NCBI GenBank assembly: GCA_020184695.1 | Contig: JAANOX010000055.1 | Coordinates: forward strand, 186,001 to 250,000 | DNA length: 64,000 bases | Origin: Histomonas meleagridis 2922-C6/04-290x | Taxonomy: Eukaryota > Protista > Parabasalia | Direction of reading: 5' to 3' | Shown: one piece after another, positions 32,605 to 44,220 of the stretch | Layout of the letters: every line of letters starts with the position of its first letter | How positions within the stretch are numbered: the first letter of the stretch is position 1 | Made by a program: the position numbers and the translations under genes | Notes under the pieces: model-generated | The model's database searches: none | Told to the model about the DNA's origin: nothing | The model's input: the letters and a program-made list of their open reading frames with translations, nothing else

Positions 32605-35364
32605 ATGTCTGGACTTTCAGTTAGACGTTCATTAACATCAGATGCTAAGGTACTTAGTGGCCTCATAGATAGGGTTGGTGAAATTTTAATGTCTCGATAT
32701 GGAAGAAAAGATTTACCTCAAATTCTTGAAAGCTCAGTATTATCATTAACAGTCCTTTATAACGATATTCCTGTAGCCATTGCAAACTTTTCATATCCTC
32801 CACAAAATGTTCAACATTCATATCGAAAACTAATGTTAATTTTTTATGCTTCTGAAACACAACATACTAATGAAGCAGCTCGTTTAATATTACGAACTGC
32901 TTTTGAATCACAACCACGAATTGACACAATATTAACAAAACATTCACCAACTACTCTTCTTGAATCTGCATTAATCCCATTTTTCACAGAAGATAAAGAA
33001 TATTTTATATGTAGTCGAGAGAAAGTTGTACCATCTCTTGTTATCCGTTCTGCACGTGTAGAAGATTTTGATGATCTTATGCCACTTTTTGAATCTGAAG
33101 CTCCAGATCTTATCCAACAATATGGAAAGTTCTTTGTTGTTAATTTAATCAAGTCCATTGATGTTAAATGTCTTGTAGCCGAAGGCAAAGATGGCCTTGC
33201 AGTAGGTTTTGTTGCACTTGAACCAAATTTTGATGCATCTGATCATCGTTCTACATATGATTTATCGCCATTTCAAGAGTTGTTTACTGAACCAGGCATT
33301 GCATTTCGTATTCGAATTTTCTTCATAGCTGATGAATATCAAATTCATGCACGAGATTTTATGCGGCCAATTTTTAGTCTTATGCGCGAATCTGATTATT
33401 GTTTAGTATTTATACCAACTAATAGCCCACCATTTGCGTTAGCGCCATATTTTATACAAGTTCCATCAACAGATCCCATCAAAGATCGATTTATATTATA
33501 TTTATGTCATCGGGATTCTGTTGTAGATATACCATTAACAGTACGTCAATTTGTAAGTAATGATTATCGATTACTTGAAGATTTCTTAGGAAAATTAAAA
33601 GAAAAAAATGAAATTCTCGAAAAATGTAACGATAAGCCTGAACTTGTTTATGAATTATTTGTACATGAAATCATTGTTGGGTTTTGTGTATTTGATGAAC
33701 CTAAACCAATTGATCATCAACATTGGGATATTGAAGAATATGTTGACACCAAATATTGTTCCAAACATTGTCAATTAAGATACTATTCGATATCACCAAT
33801 TTTCCAAAAGTATTTTGATTATTTTCTAGTTCGATGTATGGAACTTATTGGGATTGAAGCAATATATATATTACATCAAAAAGGACATTTGGACGATATA
33901 TTAGGAATGTTATTTTTATCAATCGAACGACGACAAGGACCAACTTCATCTAAATTTGATAAACATTATGAACAAAAAGAGTCAATGCATTTATTCCCAT
34001 TAAAATATTCGATGCAACATAAATATAATATTCATACATCAATCGTAATTGTAGGGTCAACTGAAGGAGTTTCATCATTTATTTATAAGTTAATATCAGT
34101 TCCATATTTATATTTCTCATCTATTAAAGTTGTTTGTACTGGTGGTAATGAAAGAGTTTGGGTTAATACTGCTTCATCTGCTGAATATCAACCAGATTGG
34201 CTACAACATTTACATTTATTAAATGCAGTTGAATTCTTAGAAGCGGATTTAGCCGAAATAGAACGTGATGAAAGTCAAATTATATTAAATGATGGAACAA
34301 TAGTATGTTATGACTATCTAATTTTATTAACTGCTAAAGAAGGTGAAATCGCTGATATGTGGATGGCTAAAAACTTTGTTGAAAGTACTCCGCCACCAGT
34401 ATCTGTTGTAGGTGATTCACTCGTAGCGTATTATATCCTTTCTCATTATCCTGGTTGCGCACATATTGTCCATAATCCTCGATTTAAACTCGAAGGTACT
34501 CTTGCAACAAAAATCCCAAATAGTACTGTAGCTTTCTGTGACTTTAAAGAAGTTCCGCCTGTGTTACTTGGCATTTTGGAAAGATCTTCTTTAGTTTATG
34601 ATGGAGGAATAGTAATTGATGAATTATTTAGAACAAACGATCCGAAGATTTTCGCTACAGGTCCAATCACTATGTTTTCTAGACTTTATCGAGTGAAAAA
34701 TGATGACACTATAATATCTCAAACAGAATATGGTAATGAAATAGGTAATGTAATCTTGAAATTTGTTGACCCATTAATCAAATTCGAAGAGCCGCCTTTA
34801 ATTGTAGGTTCTGATGATATCAAAAATTTGGTGAAAATTAAAGGACCAAATTCTGTTCCAAAGTTCTCGAAAAAAAGAGCAGAATTATATCAACTACCAA
34901 ATAATAGAATATTTTATCGAAATGGTTATCCGTCAGCTAAGTTAAGATGTTTAGAAACTTCTAAACAAGGTCAAGCAATTAGATTCTTCATCGATGGAGC
35001 TGGTTTTATTCAAGCTTTTGAATATTTAGGTGAAGCTGATGGATGTATTTATAACTGGATAAAATTAATAGGTTATCCTGCAGTACTGTTAAATAATATG
35101 GTTGAAAGATATGACAAGAAAATGATCTCTGACTTTAAGGAGTTCTTTAATGAAAAATGGTGTTCTGCAATTTTACATGATCGTTTTAGGAAGTTTTTCA
35201 ATGCTTTACACGAAAAGCTTATGAAAAGTGGAGACGTAACAAGTCCTGAAGTACAAAATCAAATTAGAACAGAATTAATGCAATTTTTGGTGGAAAATAG
35301 CGATTTGTTGCCTGATTATTATACATCTGAGGATCAACTGCCACCATTAGATGATGACGATTGA
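32605..35364 (+). CDS. CFAP61: Cilia- and flagella-associated protein 61
   Basis: VIRSARVEDFDDLMPLF in the N-terminal half; oxidoreductase-like C-terminal half with GGIVIDELFRTNDPKIFATGPITMFSRLY and FFNEKWCSAILHDRF. Confidence 0.85.
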   Translation: MSGLSVRRSLTSDAKVLSGLIDRVGEILMSRYGRKDLPQILESSVLSLTVLYNDIPVAIANFSYPPQNVQHSYRKLMLIFYASETQHTNEAARLILRTAFESQPRIDTILTKHSPTTLLESALIPFFTEDKEYFICSREKVVPSLVIRSARVEDFDDLMPLFESEAPDLIQQYGKFFVVNLIKSIDVKCLVAEGKDGLAVGFVALEPNFDASDHRSTYDLSPFQELFTEPGIAFRIRIFFIADEYQIHARDFMRPIFSLMRESDYCLVFIPTNSPPFALAPYFIQVPSTDPIKDRFILYLCHRDSVVDIPLTVRQFVSNDYRLLEDFLGKLKEKNEILEKCNDKPELVYELFVHEIIVGFCVFDEPKPIDHQHWDIEEYVDTKYCSKHCQLRYYSISPIFQKYFDYFLVRCMELIGIEAIYILHQKGHLDDILGMLFLSIERRQGPTSSKFDKHYEQKESMHLFPLKYSMQHKYNIHTSIVIVGSTEGVSSFIYKLISVPYLYFSSIKVVCTGGNERVWVNTASSAEYQPDWLQHLHLLNAVEFLEADLAEIERDESQIILNDGTIVCYDYLILLTAKEGEIADMWMAKNFVESTPPPVSVVGDSLVAYYILSHYPGCAHIVHNPRFKLEGTLATKIPNSTVAFCDFKEVPPVLLGILERSSLVYDGGIVIDELFRTNDPKIFATGPITMFSRLYRVKNDDTIISQTEYGNEIGNVILKFVDPLIKFEEPPLIVGSDDIKNLVKIKGPNSVPKFSKKRAELYQLPNNRIFYRNGYPSAKLRCLETSKQGQAIRFFIDGAGFIQAFEYLGEADGCIYNWIKLIGYPAVLLNNMVERYDKKMISDFKEFFNEKWCSAILHDRFRKFFNALHEKLMKSGDVTSPEVQNQIRTELMQFLVENSDLLPDYYTSEDQLPPLDDDD

Positions 35365-35433
35365 TCAATGAATAATAAATAAATAAAATGAAAATATTTT
35401 TAATAATAAAATCATTACAATACATAAAAACTA

Positions 35434-35841
35434 TTATTTGTCGTCAGAAAAAGATGGAACTGATAATCGTGTAAGTTGATATACAAGATCAACTAATTGA
35501 TCTGTCATATATTCATACCCATAGTCTTGAGGTATTTCCATTGGTGGCGCTTCAAGTCTTGAGGGAATAAAATTTAATTCAAATTCACATCCTTTTTCAG
35601 GTTCAAATTTTTGTGTATTTTCAGGTGGTTTTCTTTTAATCTGTGGTCTTGGCTTTGGTGGCATTACTTCAATTGGTGTTAAATTTTTGCATATTTTAGT
35701 TTTGTACTTCACATTTAATTTAGGTGATACTTCATCAATAAGGAATTCTTCATCATCAACAAGTGATTGCTCAAGTTCTTTCAGGTGCTCTTCAATAAAT
35801 TTAGTACTGAACTCTATTGGCTGATCAGAAGGTTGTTCCAT
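35434..35841 (-). CDS. Hypothetical protein, 135 aa
   Basis: ATG-to-TAA frame with acidic, Pro-rich composition, tail-to-tail with CFAP61. Confidence 0.6.
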   Translation of the reverse strand: MEQPSDQPIEFSTKFIEEHLKELEQSLVDDEEFLIDEVSPKLNVKYKTKICKNLTPIEVMPPKPRPQIKRKPPENTQKFEPEKGCEFELNFIPSRLEAPPMEIPQDYGYEYMTDQLVDLVYQLTRLSVPSFSDDK

Positions 35842-36001
35842 TTAACTCATTTCACAAACGTACGATGTGAAATGTGATATGAATAATTTAATGCATTAAA
35901 TGCAACAAAATGTGAAAACACATCATGTTAAAGCTGATGTAATAAATAAAAATCAAAAATTTATAAAGGCTTTGTCTAAAAGTTTTTATTATACAAACAA
36001 A

Positions 36002-37090
36002 TTATTCATTCGATTCTATTTCTTCTAATCTCAGTAGCAATGCAGCTTGTAGCTCTGCTTGTCTTTCCATATCTTCAATAATATTTGTCAAGCAGACTTG
36101 CACTGATTTGATCCACCATGGATTACAGAAGACATTTTTCTTCTTATCAATTTGTGGCAAGTTTCGAATCTTTTCCATATCGTAATCTTCGAACTTTATG
36201 TTATTATCTTTAATTATTTGTTTCATTAATTGCGCCTTTTTAATGAACTGTCTATTCTTCAATAAAACGCGCGTTTTCTCAACAGATTTAATCCGTGATT
36301 TGATTTCTTTTTTAGTTGATTTATTTGCTGCTTCCGCAACAGTGTCAGTTACTGATGCAACAATGAAGTTGACAAGTATGGTGCCAAGAAGTGCTATGAG
36401 AAGTATCATGTACCAACGCGTATGTAACGTTGTGTTATCTTCAATTTGATGTTGGGCAGTGAGCCATGAATCTTTTGTGGAAAATACAAAAACATGGAAT
36501 ATTGACTTGATTAAATCAGCAAAATAGATCTTGTCTTGTGAGGAAAATAGGTAAAATCCAATAAATCCGAAAATTAAGATAAATATGATATAAATGACTA
36601 AAGGTGAAAAGGCTGTTTTAACTGTTCCAATGACAGAATAAAATAGATGCTTAAGAGTGGTATTGATTTTAAAGAACCGCACAATCCGAAAGCAAGGAAA
36701 TGCTTTGAGAAATGAAAATTTTTGATTGTAAACGATAATAGGAAAAAAAGAGGAAATAACAGAGATAACAGAAACAATAGCATCTATTCTATTAAAAAGA
36801 CTTTTGAAGAATTTGAGTCGAAAAGCTATAAATTTGAAAATTAATTCAGTAAAAAAATATGAACAAAAGAAAATATTGAGGTAATTAATAAGACTAATTT
36901 GGCCTCCTTTTGTTTCTATCTTATATTCGATTTCAAAAATGATTGTTATGGTATTTAAAATAATTAAAATATATGCAAAAGTTTTGTACTGCTTAGAATT
37001 TAAAACCTTACGAAGTCTATACCTAAGTTCTTGCTTTGATTGCTTTTTTTGTTCCTTTAAAACTGCTTTGATATTTGGTTTCAATAACAT
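36002..37090 (-). CDS. Single-domain 6-TM voltage-gated cation channel (Ion_trans)
   Basis: Four TM helices including a basic S4 (LKAFPCFRIVRFFK), S5, pore FVFSTKDSW, S6 with LVNFIVASV, then a coiled-coil tail. Confidence 0.8.
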   Translation of the reverse strand: MLLKPNIKAVLKEQKKQSKQELRYRLRKVLNSKQYKTFAYILIILNTITIIFEIEYKIETKGGQISLINYLNIFFCSYFFTELIFKFIAFRLKFFKSLFNRIDAIVSVISVISSFFPIIVYNQKFSFLKAFPCFRIVRFFKINTTLKHLFYSVIGTVKTAFSPLVIYIIFILIFGFIGFYLFSSQDKIYFADLIKSIFHVFVFSTKDSWLTAQHQIEDNTTLHTRWYMILLIALLGTILVNFIVASVTDTVAEAANKSTKKEIKSRIKSVEKTRVLLKNRQFIKKAQLMKQIIKDNNIKFEDYDMEKIRNLPQIDKKKNVFCNPWWIKSVQVCLTNIIEDMERQAELQAALLLRLEEIESNE

Positions 37091-37245
37091 TTTTCTAGGT
37101 TCTGTGCTTTACAGAACAACCGCCGTCACAATAAGCTTATTTTTGAGTACTATGCCACGGTTTTTGATCGTTTTATATTGATAATTGATATCAAACTGAA
37201 TGATAATTTGGATGTGGCTTGAAATAATTTTTTTGTGTATACTTT

Positions 37246-37998
37246 ATGCAAAATGCAGATAAATTTAATCACAAAACGATAAATAACAATGAACATGCTT
37301 CTATGGAGTTACTCACTAAACTTGAACAAATTATTTTTAATTTAACTCAAGATAATCTTAAAATAACAACTGAACAAACAATGAAATTGTTTGATATCAA
37401 CTTTTCATATATATATAATTTAACTATTTGCATTTTAGTTTATTAATGCGTTTTATTTAAAAAAAAAAGCCAATATTTTATATTAAATTTATCATTTAAT
37501 TTTAATTTAAATTATTTAGAAGCTCTTTAAATCAAAGAAGAAGAAAATTCGAAAATTGTTACAATTTTCCTTAAATATATTCGTGATACCAAGTCTCAAG
37601 TATCATATTATTTAATTGAGAAATTGATACAAAATGGTTGATGAGAACATGATAAATTTTTCTAAAAATAAATATTTTATGCATCGTCAAAAACAAGTTG
37701 ACAATGATTAATCATGTACTCTGATAGCTATCAAATGAAAAATTATGAAGAACTATCGAAGAATGATTTGGAGCTTCATAAACAATTAATTGAAGAAGGA
37801 CATAGTCCAAATGAACTTGCAAAAATAATTCGAAATGATGAAATAGAAAAACTTCAAGAAATATCATCACAAAATAATTTTAATTATAATCAATTTATTA
37901 TGTCATCACTTTACGAAAGGTGTTATTTTATTAATCACAAAAATATTTCGATAATTGATTATGAGCATGTTGATTTAAATCCAATTTACAATCAATAA
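37246..37998 (+). pseudogene. Truncated, decayed DUF3447-type gene
   Basis: EEGHSPNELAKIIRNDEIEKLQEISSQNNFNYNQ...SLYERC...IIDY matches the family. Internal stops; homology ends abruptly near 37965. Confidence 0.75.
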
Positions 37999-38020
37999 AA
38001 ACACTTTTTACTCACAAAAT

Positions 38021-41000
38021 CTATTTAAAAACATTTTTGGCGAATTCATGCACAAGAGATATTCCTGCACCTTTTTGAACGGAAAGTTCATTTGGATCTA
38101 AATTATTAATTAATGAGCCAAATAAAATTTTGTTTGAGTATTCTTCACTTGAATTAATTGGAGGTAATGTAAATGAAATACATTTATTTAAGAATGATTG
38201 ATCAACATATGATCTATTTGTTGAAACCGGATTATATGTAATAATTAAACGAAAATCTTTATGAACTAACTCTTCTTGTCCAAATTCATCTAAATTAAAT
38301 TTTGGTTCATTACCAAAAAGTGAAGAAACTTTTTCTACAATTTCAGGAGATGCTAATTCTATTCCTTCAATTAAAAGCATTTCACCATTATTAATTGAGC
38401 TTGTAATAGTTGAAGGCATATGGTACATTCTATTAATTGGTAGAATTGCTTCTCTTATAGCATTTTCTACTTCTTTAAGACGTCTTTTTTTGATAACATC
38501 AAGATTTTTTGAACTCGACCTAAATCGTTTTATTTCTTTAAGTATGTTATTAATATCATTAGGTTTCCAATTTTTTGGATTTTTACTTATAACGTTATTA
38601 GCATATTTATAAAGTTCTTTAAATACACAAAGTTTTGAAAATGAGCTCTTTAATATGTTTAAGGTTTTGTCAGATAACTTATTGTCAACTAATGAATATC
38701 CTGTCAAAATTGATATTCCAGTCTCTTCGTTTATTTGGCAAATATTAAGTTTTCTTCCTAACATTTTAGCAAATAAACGAATTGTATGTGATTTTCCTGA
38801 TGCTGTATTTCCTTGTATAACACATGCACGATTTGCAATATAAGAACATGCTAAAAATAATAAACAATGTTTTTGTGGAAGAGTTAAACGCCCTATAATT
38901 GATTGAATTTCTTTTTGATTTATATTTTCTGGTATGATTGGTAAAACAATTCCATTTTTACTATCTTGAGATAAACAAATCTTTAATTCTTTTTTGGGTA
39001 AATTATATATGAAAACAGGATCAAATTTTATATCAATCATTCCAAGTTTTGATAAAACGCGTTAAATAAATTCTTCTTAAATAAATCGATATACAAATAA
39101 TATTTGTAATACTATAGATTTATCAAATGAATCATAAGTTATATTTCTAAATAAAATATATTTTGATATATCATTTAATATAATATTTTGAGTTGCATTT
39201 AATTCTTTACAAATGTTATTTGTTATCATAAATTGGCGATAAAATAAATGTGCTTCATTATCATATGGTAATCCTTCAAATTGCTTATTTATTATATTGA
39301 AAATATCATCTTTCTTTGGATTTAAAACAATATAATAAATTGATGAATACATTAATGAAGAAGGCAAACGATCTCTACCAGAAAAACAATTTTGTGGATC
39401 AAATATTGCAACTAGATTTAAATTACCTTTTTCTAATACTGATCCATTTGGTAATAAAACTTGTTTTTGTTTAGTGTCAAAAATACTCGTAATTACTTCC
39501 AACACAACAACAGAAGCATTATTTATATTATGAAATACAATGATAATATTATTTTGTTTCGATTTGATTGCTTTAACAAGTTTTGATTCATTTACTTCAA
39601 CATGAAGTTCATTATTTTTATCTCTTTTTAATGATAATTTACCAAAAAGATCATCAACATTCGTTGATCGTGAAATATTTATATTTATTACTTCATATCC
39701 TAAAAGATTTGCAATATAATTAATTGCAGTTTGTTTGCCTTGCCCAGGTTTACCTTCAAATATTATTGGTGTATGTGTAATTAACCCTAAATGGAGAATA
39801 TCAACCATTTCTGTAAATTTTCCTGTAAATGCGATTTTTGAATCTTCATGATATTCATGTGTATTCTCTATAAAGAATCCTGTGATTTTCGATTTATATC
39901 CTTGACAATTGTTTTGTTCACATTTTTCAAGTGGTTCTTCATTAAAGTTTTGTAATGTAGTTGGCAAATTAATATTTAATTTTTTGAACAATTCTATCAG
40001 TTTTTTTCTTTCTTTTTGATTTTCTAACAAACCTGAACACAATCTATATATTATTAATCCAAGTTTAAATTTTGTTTGTGAATTATATATTAAAGTTTCA
40101 GGAGATAATATACTATGCATTTCAATGGACTTAAGCATTTGTTGAAATTCAAAATGTTTCCCGAACTGTTCATTAAACTCTTGTGAAAACGTTTGTAATA
40201 ATTCAATTTCTGCGTTTTTATAATTTATTTGATTAATTTGCATATAACTTTGAATAACATTTACTTGCTCTTCTAATTTATATTTTGGAATAAATACAAT
40301 AGTGAAATTTGATAAAACTCCATTTGATAATCTAAATGGTGAATAAAGTGGAGATGTTGCCATGACTCTGAAATTTTGATTAAAGTTTATGAATTCTTTA
40401 TTGTAACGAGATGTAAATGTATTATGAATATCTTCTTCTAATGTTAAAATATGTTTTGAAAATAATTCATTAAATCTTACAAGTACATTTGTTGAAAAAT
40501 TTGATACATTCTTTAATATTAATGATTTTCTTTCAAATATAGTAGATAACAATAATCCTGGCTTGAATTCAAAAATACTATTTGATATTATAACATTATT
40601 CCTTTTTTCTTTTTTAAAAAGTTTCTCTGTTAAATGTTTAATTGCATAATGAAATGAAATTGGAATTATTTGTATTTTACCATTTATAAGTTCTTTAATT
40701 TCTTCTTTCATTAAAGTTTTATTTAATAATTTTTTTCGTAATTCAATATATTCATCATATAAGTTACAGATTTTACAAATATTTTCTAGATAAAATAATC
40801 TGGCTTCAGTATTTGTAAATAAATATGAAAAACCTAACAAATGTGATACTGTTAATTCTTGATTTAAATTGATTATTTTTGCATCGTGTAAAAATTGTTT
40901 TGCCAAAAATGTCTTAAATCCTGAATTACCCATTAATAAAATTGGCTCTGATGGATCTGCTAATAATAACTGAAATGCACTATTTGATAAAGAATTTAAA

Positions 41001-44000
41001 TTAATTAAACTTGCTAATTTCAATGGGTACAACTCGAGTGAAATTCCAATAGAGTCTTTCATAACAAATATGCCTGAACAATTTTTTTTCAAAATTACTG
41101 GTTTTGCTAAATAACATTTTCTTAATTCATTTCTTTTATCATCATTTAACAAAAATATTTTTACAATTAAATCGATTACATCATCTAAAACATAATTATT
41201 ATCGCTATTAACAGCTGATAATGTATAAAATAGTACATTATGATAAAATGTTAAATTATAAAAATTACATATATAAGTGTCTTGATGATGAATACGTTTA
41301 AATAATTTAGCAATGTCACGAAATGACCATTGTGGTATTATTGTATTTCTTAAATTATTTAATTCAATCATATATTTACCAATTAGTCTTGAATCTGCTT
41401 CATTCATAATTCGCATTTGTTCTCCATTTCTATAACATTTTTTTGCCATGTACCAACAAATATTTAAAATATCACTTTCAGTTTGTTTCGGATAATTAAA
41501 ATATCTAAATCTTGATGAAATCGAATCTGGTATTGCGTTAGTTCCTATTGAACTAAGCTCATTTTGATATGCAATGAAAAAGAATTGAGAATTAACAAAA
41601 ACTAATTCATCAACGCCTGGAATAAATATTTGTTCACCTAAATTGGGTTCTAATGCTGGTGCTAAAGCTTTCATACATTTTGCTGTTGATAAATTCATAT
41701 TATCGGCAATAAATGTTAAACCATTATTCATAGAATTTGTTAATGGGACCTCATTACAAAAAATAACTTTTCCATTTTTAATTGTGGTTGCCCCATAAAA
41801 ATGACTTGGTTGTGTTGCTGCATGAAATGAATGTATTTGGAAATGTGTATTATTCCTAGTTTTAATTGGGCGGATTGAAGCAAATGCTCTAATAGTAGAT
41901 GTTTTTCCTACACCTGCTGGTCCTGAAATACATACAGGTAGCCAATTAATGATGCAGCAAATATTTTTGTAATAAATTCACGAAGTGATGGTGAATCTTG
42001 AAAAAAGAAATAATTATCATCTGTTGAAGATGTTTGTTTTAATAATGATAGTAAATAGTTTTGAATTTTTAAGTTTGGTTTAAAATACTCATTTGAATTC
42101 AACATATTAACGGAAAATTCAACAATATATTTTGGTAAAATATTATTCTTAATTAATAAATTAGAATATTTTACAATAGCTTTACATAAAAATGAAAGAT
42201 TATACATTGTAATTTTTGAGTTAAATATATTATCATATACAAGATCTATTAATTCTGATGTTATTTCAAATTGGGTTTGCTTACTATTTTGAATCGATGA
42301 ACATTCAAATTCTTTTTCATTTTCTTCGATAAAGCTTGTATCATTTTCGTGATTAGCTTTATTAAATCGGTTCATTAAAAATTGAATAAGTTCTTTTTTA
42401 GATTTTTCTTCTATTGAATCTAATTGATTTTCAAGTACAATTACATTAAATCTATTTAAAAATGAAGGTGAAATTAAATTGATTTTTTCGATATCACATG
42501 TACATATAAGCCTAAAGTTTGGGTCAATTAAAATTTGAGCTTGCTGAAGACTTCCAGGAATATTAAACATCTTTTTTGATTCAAAATATTTTTGATCAAG
42601 AAGACTATATAAACTTTCTATAACAATTGCAGGAGCTTCATCGACAAAGTCAAGTACAGAACATTTTCCATTTTGAATGGATTCTGTATGAAAACCTGGC
42701 ACCCATTTTAATGATTTCTGTCCATCATCAGCATTCTTAATTAGTTTTTGTTTTCCAAATAAATCAGAACATCTTGTTTCCTGGGTACATATACAAAATA
42801 ATTCTTTGACTTCTGTTTCATTTGCTTTTTTATTTCTTTTATTATACCATTTTGAAGCCCATTTTGCTAACTGTGTTTTACCACAACCTTTTGCACCAGC
42901 AATAATTATATGACGGCCATTATTAAGGGAAAATAAAATTGATTTTAATGATCTTGTAAGTGATTTATTATGAAAACATTCTGGAAAATCTTTTGGATAT
43001 TTAAAATCATCTTTCTTTTGACTTAGTAAAACATATTTATTAAGTATATTTTTTTAATGTTTTTCGAAAGTTTTTTTGATATCTTGCTCCATAAATTGTT
43101 GAAATTGTTTCATTTGGATTTGCCCCATTAACAAGTGCATGAATTGATGCAATCATTTCTCTAATTGTAAAAGAATAATTATCTTTTTTAACTTCTGGTT
43201 TCCCTGACCATTCTGTATGAAATTTAACAAGTTGTTCAATGATATTTAATGTGTTGCTATTACATTTAAATTTCATTGCTAATCCTTGACTAATTTTTAA
43301 AAGTTCTTCTTTAGTATATGGCATAAAATTAATTTTTTGAAAAAGAGAGCAAAATTTAATATTTATATCTTGAGTTTGATTTTGAAATCCTTTACTGGAA
43401 TTACTTGTTGTGATAAGTCTGAAATCTGGATGCATATATACTTCTTTTAATGGCATTCCAAGCGCTTTAACCTTAATTACACCACTTTCAATTGCTTCTT
43501 TAATATATCGTAATATTGAAGGTGATGCTAAATTAATATCTTCCAATAGTAAACATTTTCCTTCAGAAAATGCCTGTAGAAATGGACCTGGTTTTATCAC
43601 ATTACCTTCCCATGAATTAGGATCATTTTCAAATTTTTCTATTAAATCACTAATTTTTGTTTCTGAATTTAAATGAAAATGTATTAAAGATTTTTTTGTT
43701 ATGTTACAAATAATCTCAGCACTAAGTGTTTTAGATGTTCCTGTTGGACCTTCAATTAAAACAGGAACTCCAACTAATAGATAATCATAAAGTTTTGATA
43801 ATCTTTCTTTAGCACTTTCAGTTAAAACGAAATTTTGGTTCAAAAGTTTTTCTTCATTTAAATCAAGTTTAGTTGGTATGTTTGCATTATCTTTAATTTT
43901 TGTAATAATTTGAGCAAAAACAGGGTTTTTGTTTTCTTTATCATCACTTTTTGGCGTTAAATTTTCCTGATAAACTTTTTTCTCATAAACATATATTTCT

Positions 44001-44056
44001 TCTGCACTACTTTTTTCTTTATGTTCTTTTTTTTCTGCTAATTCTACTGGCAACAT
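38021..44056 (-). pseudogene. Midasin-like multi-AAA (MoxR/dynein-related) ATPase with six AAA modules, broken by two 1-nt frameshifts and two in-frame TAA
   Basis: Walker A motifs GPTGTSKT, GAKGCGKT, GPAGVGKT, GNSGFKT, GKPGQGKQ, GNTASGKS. The four ORFs join via +1 at the A-run near 43050, -1 near 41940, and TAA at 39077-39079 and 39062-39064. No MIDAS tail. Confidence 0.8.
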
Positions 44057-44220
44057 ATTTCAATCTTATGAATGAACAACAAGTTTGTCAATCTTCATCA
44101 CTTCACATAGTATATATTGAATAGAAATTGATCGACTTCATTTTAACGAATTCACAAAAAAGTTTTTTTGACAATTGTCACAAAATTTGAATTTATATCT
44201 GGTTTTATTATGAAAAAAAA

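Noticed and set aside
43045-43056. Programmed ribosomal frameshifting at A-runs (also 392-398, 595-603, 63390)
   Set aside because: Single-base changes in homopolymers without a consistent stimulatory structure are more simply long-read errors or decay.
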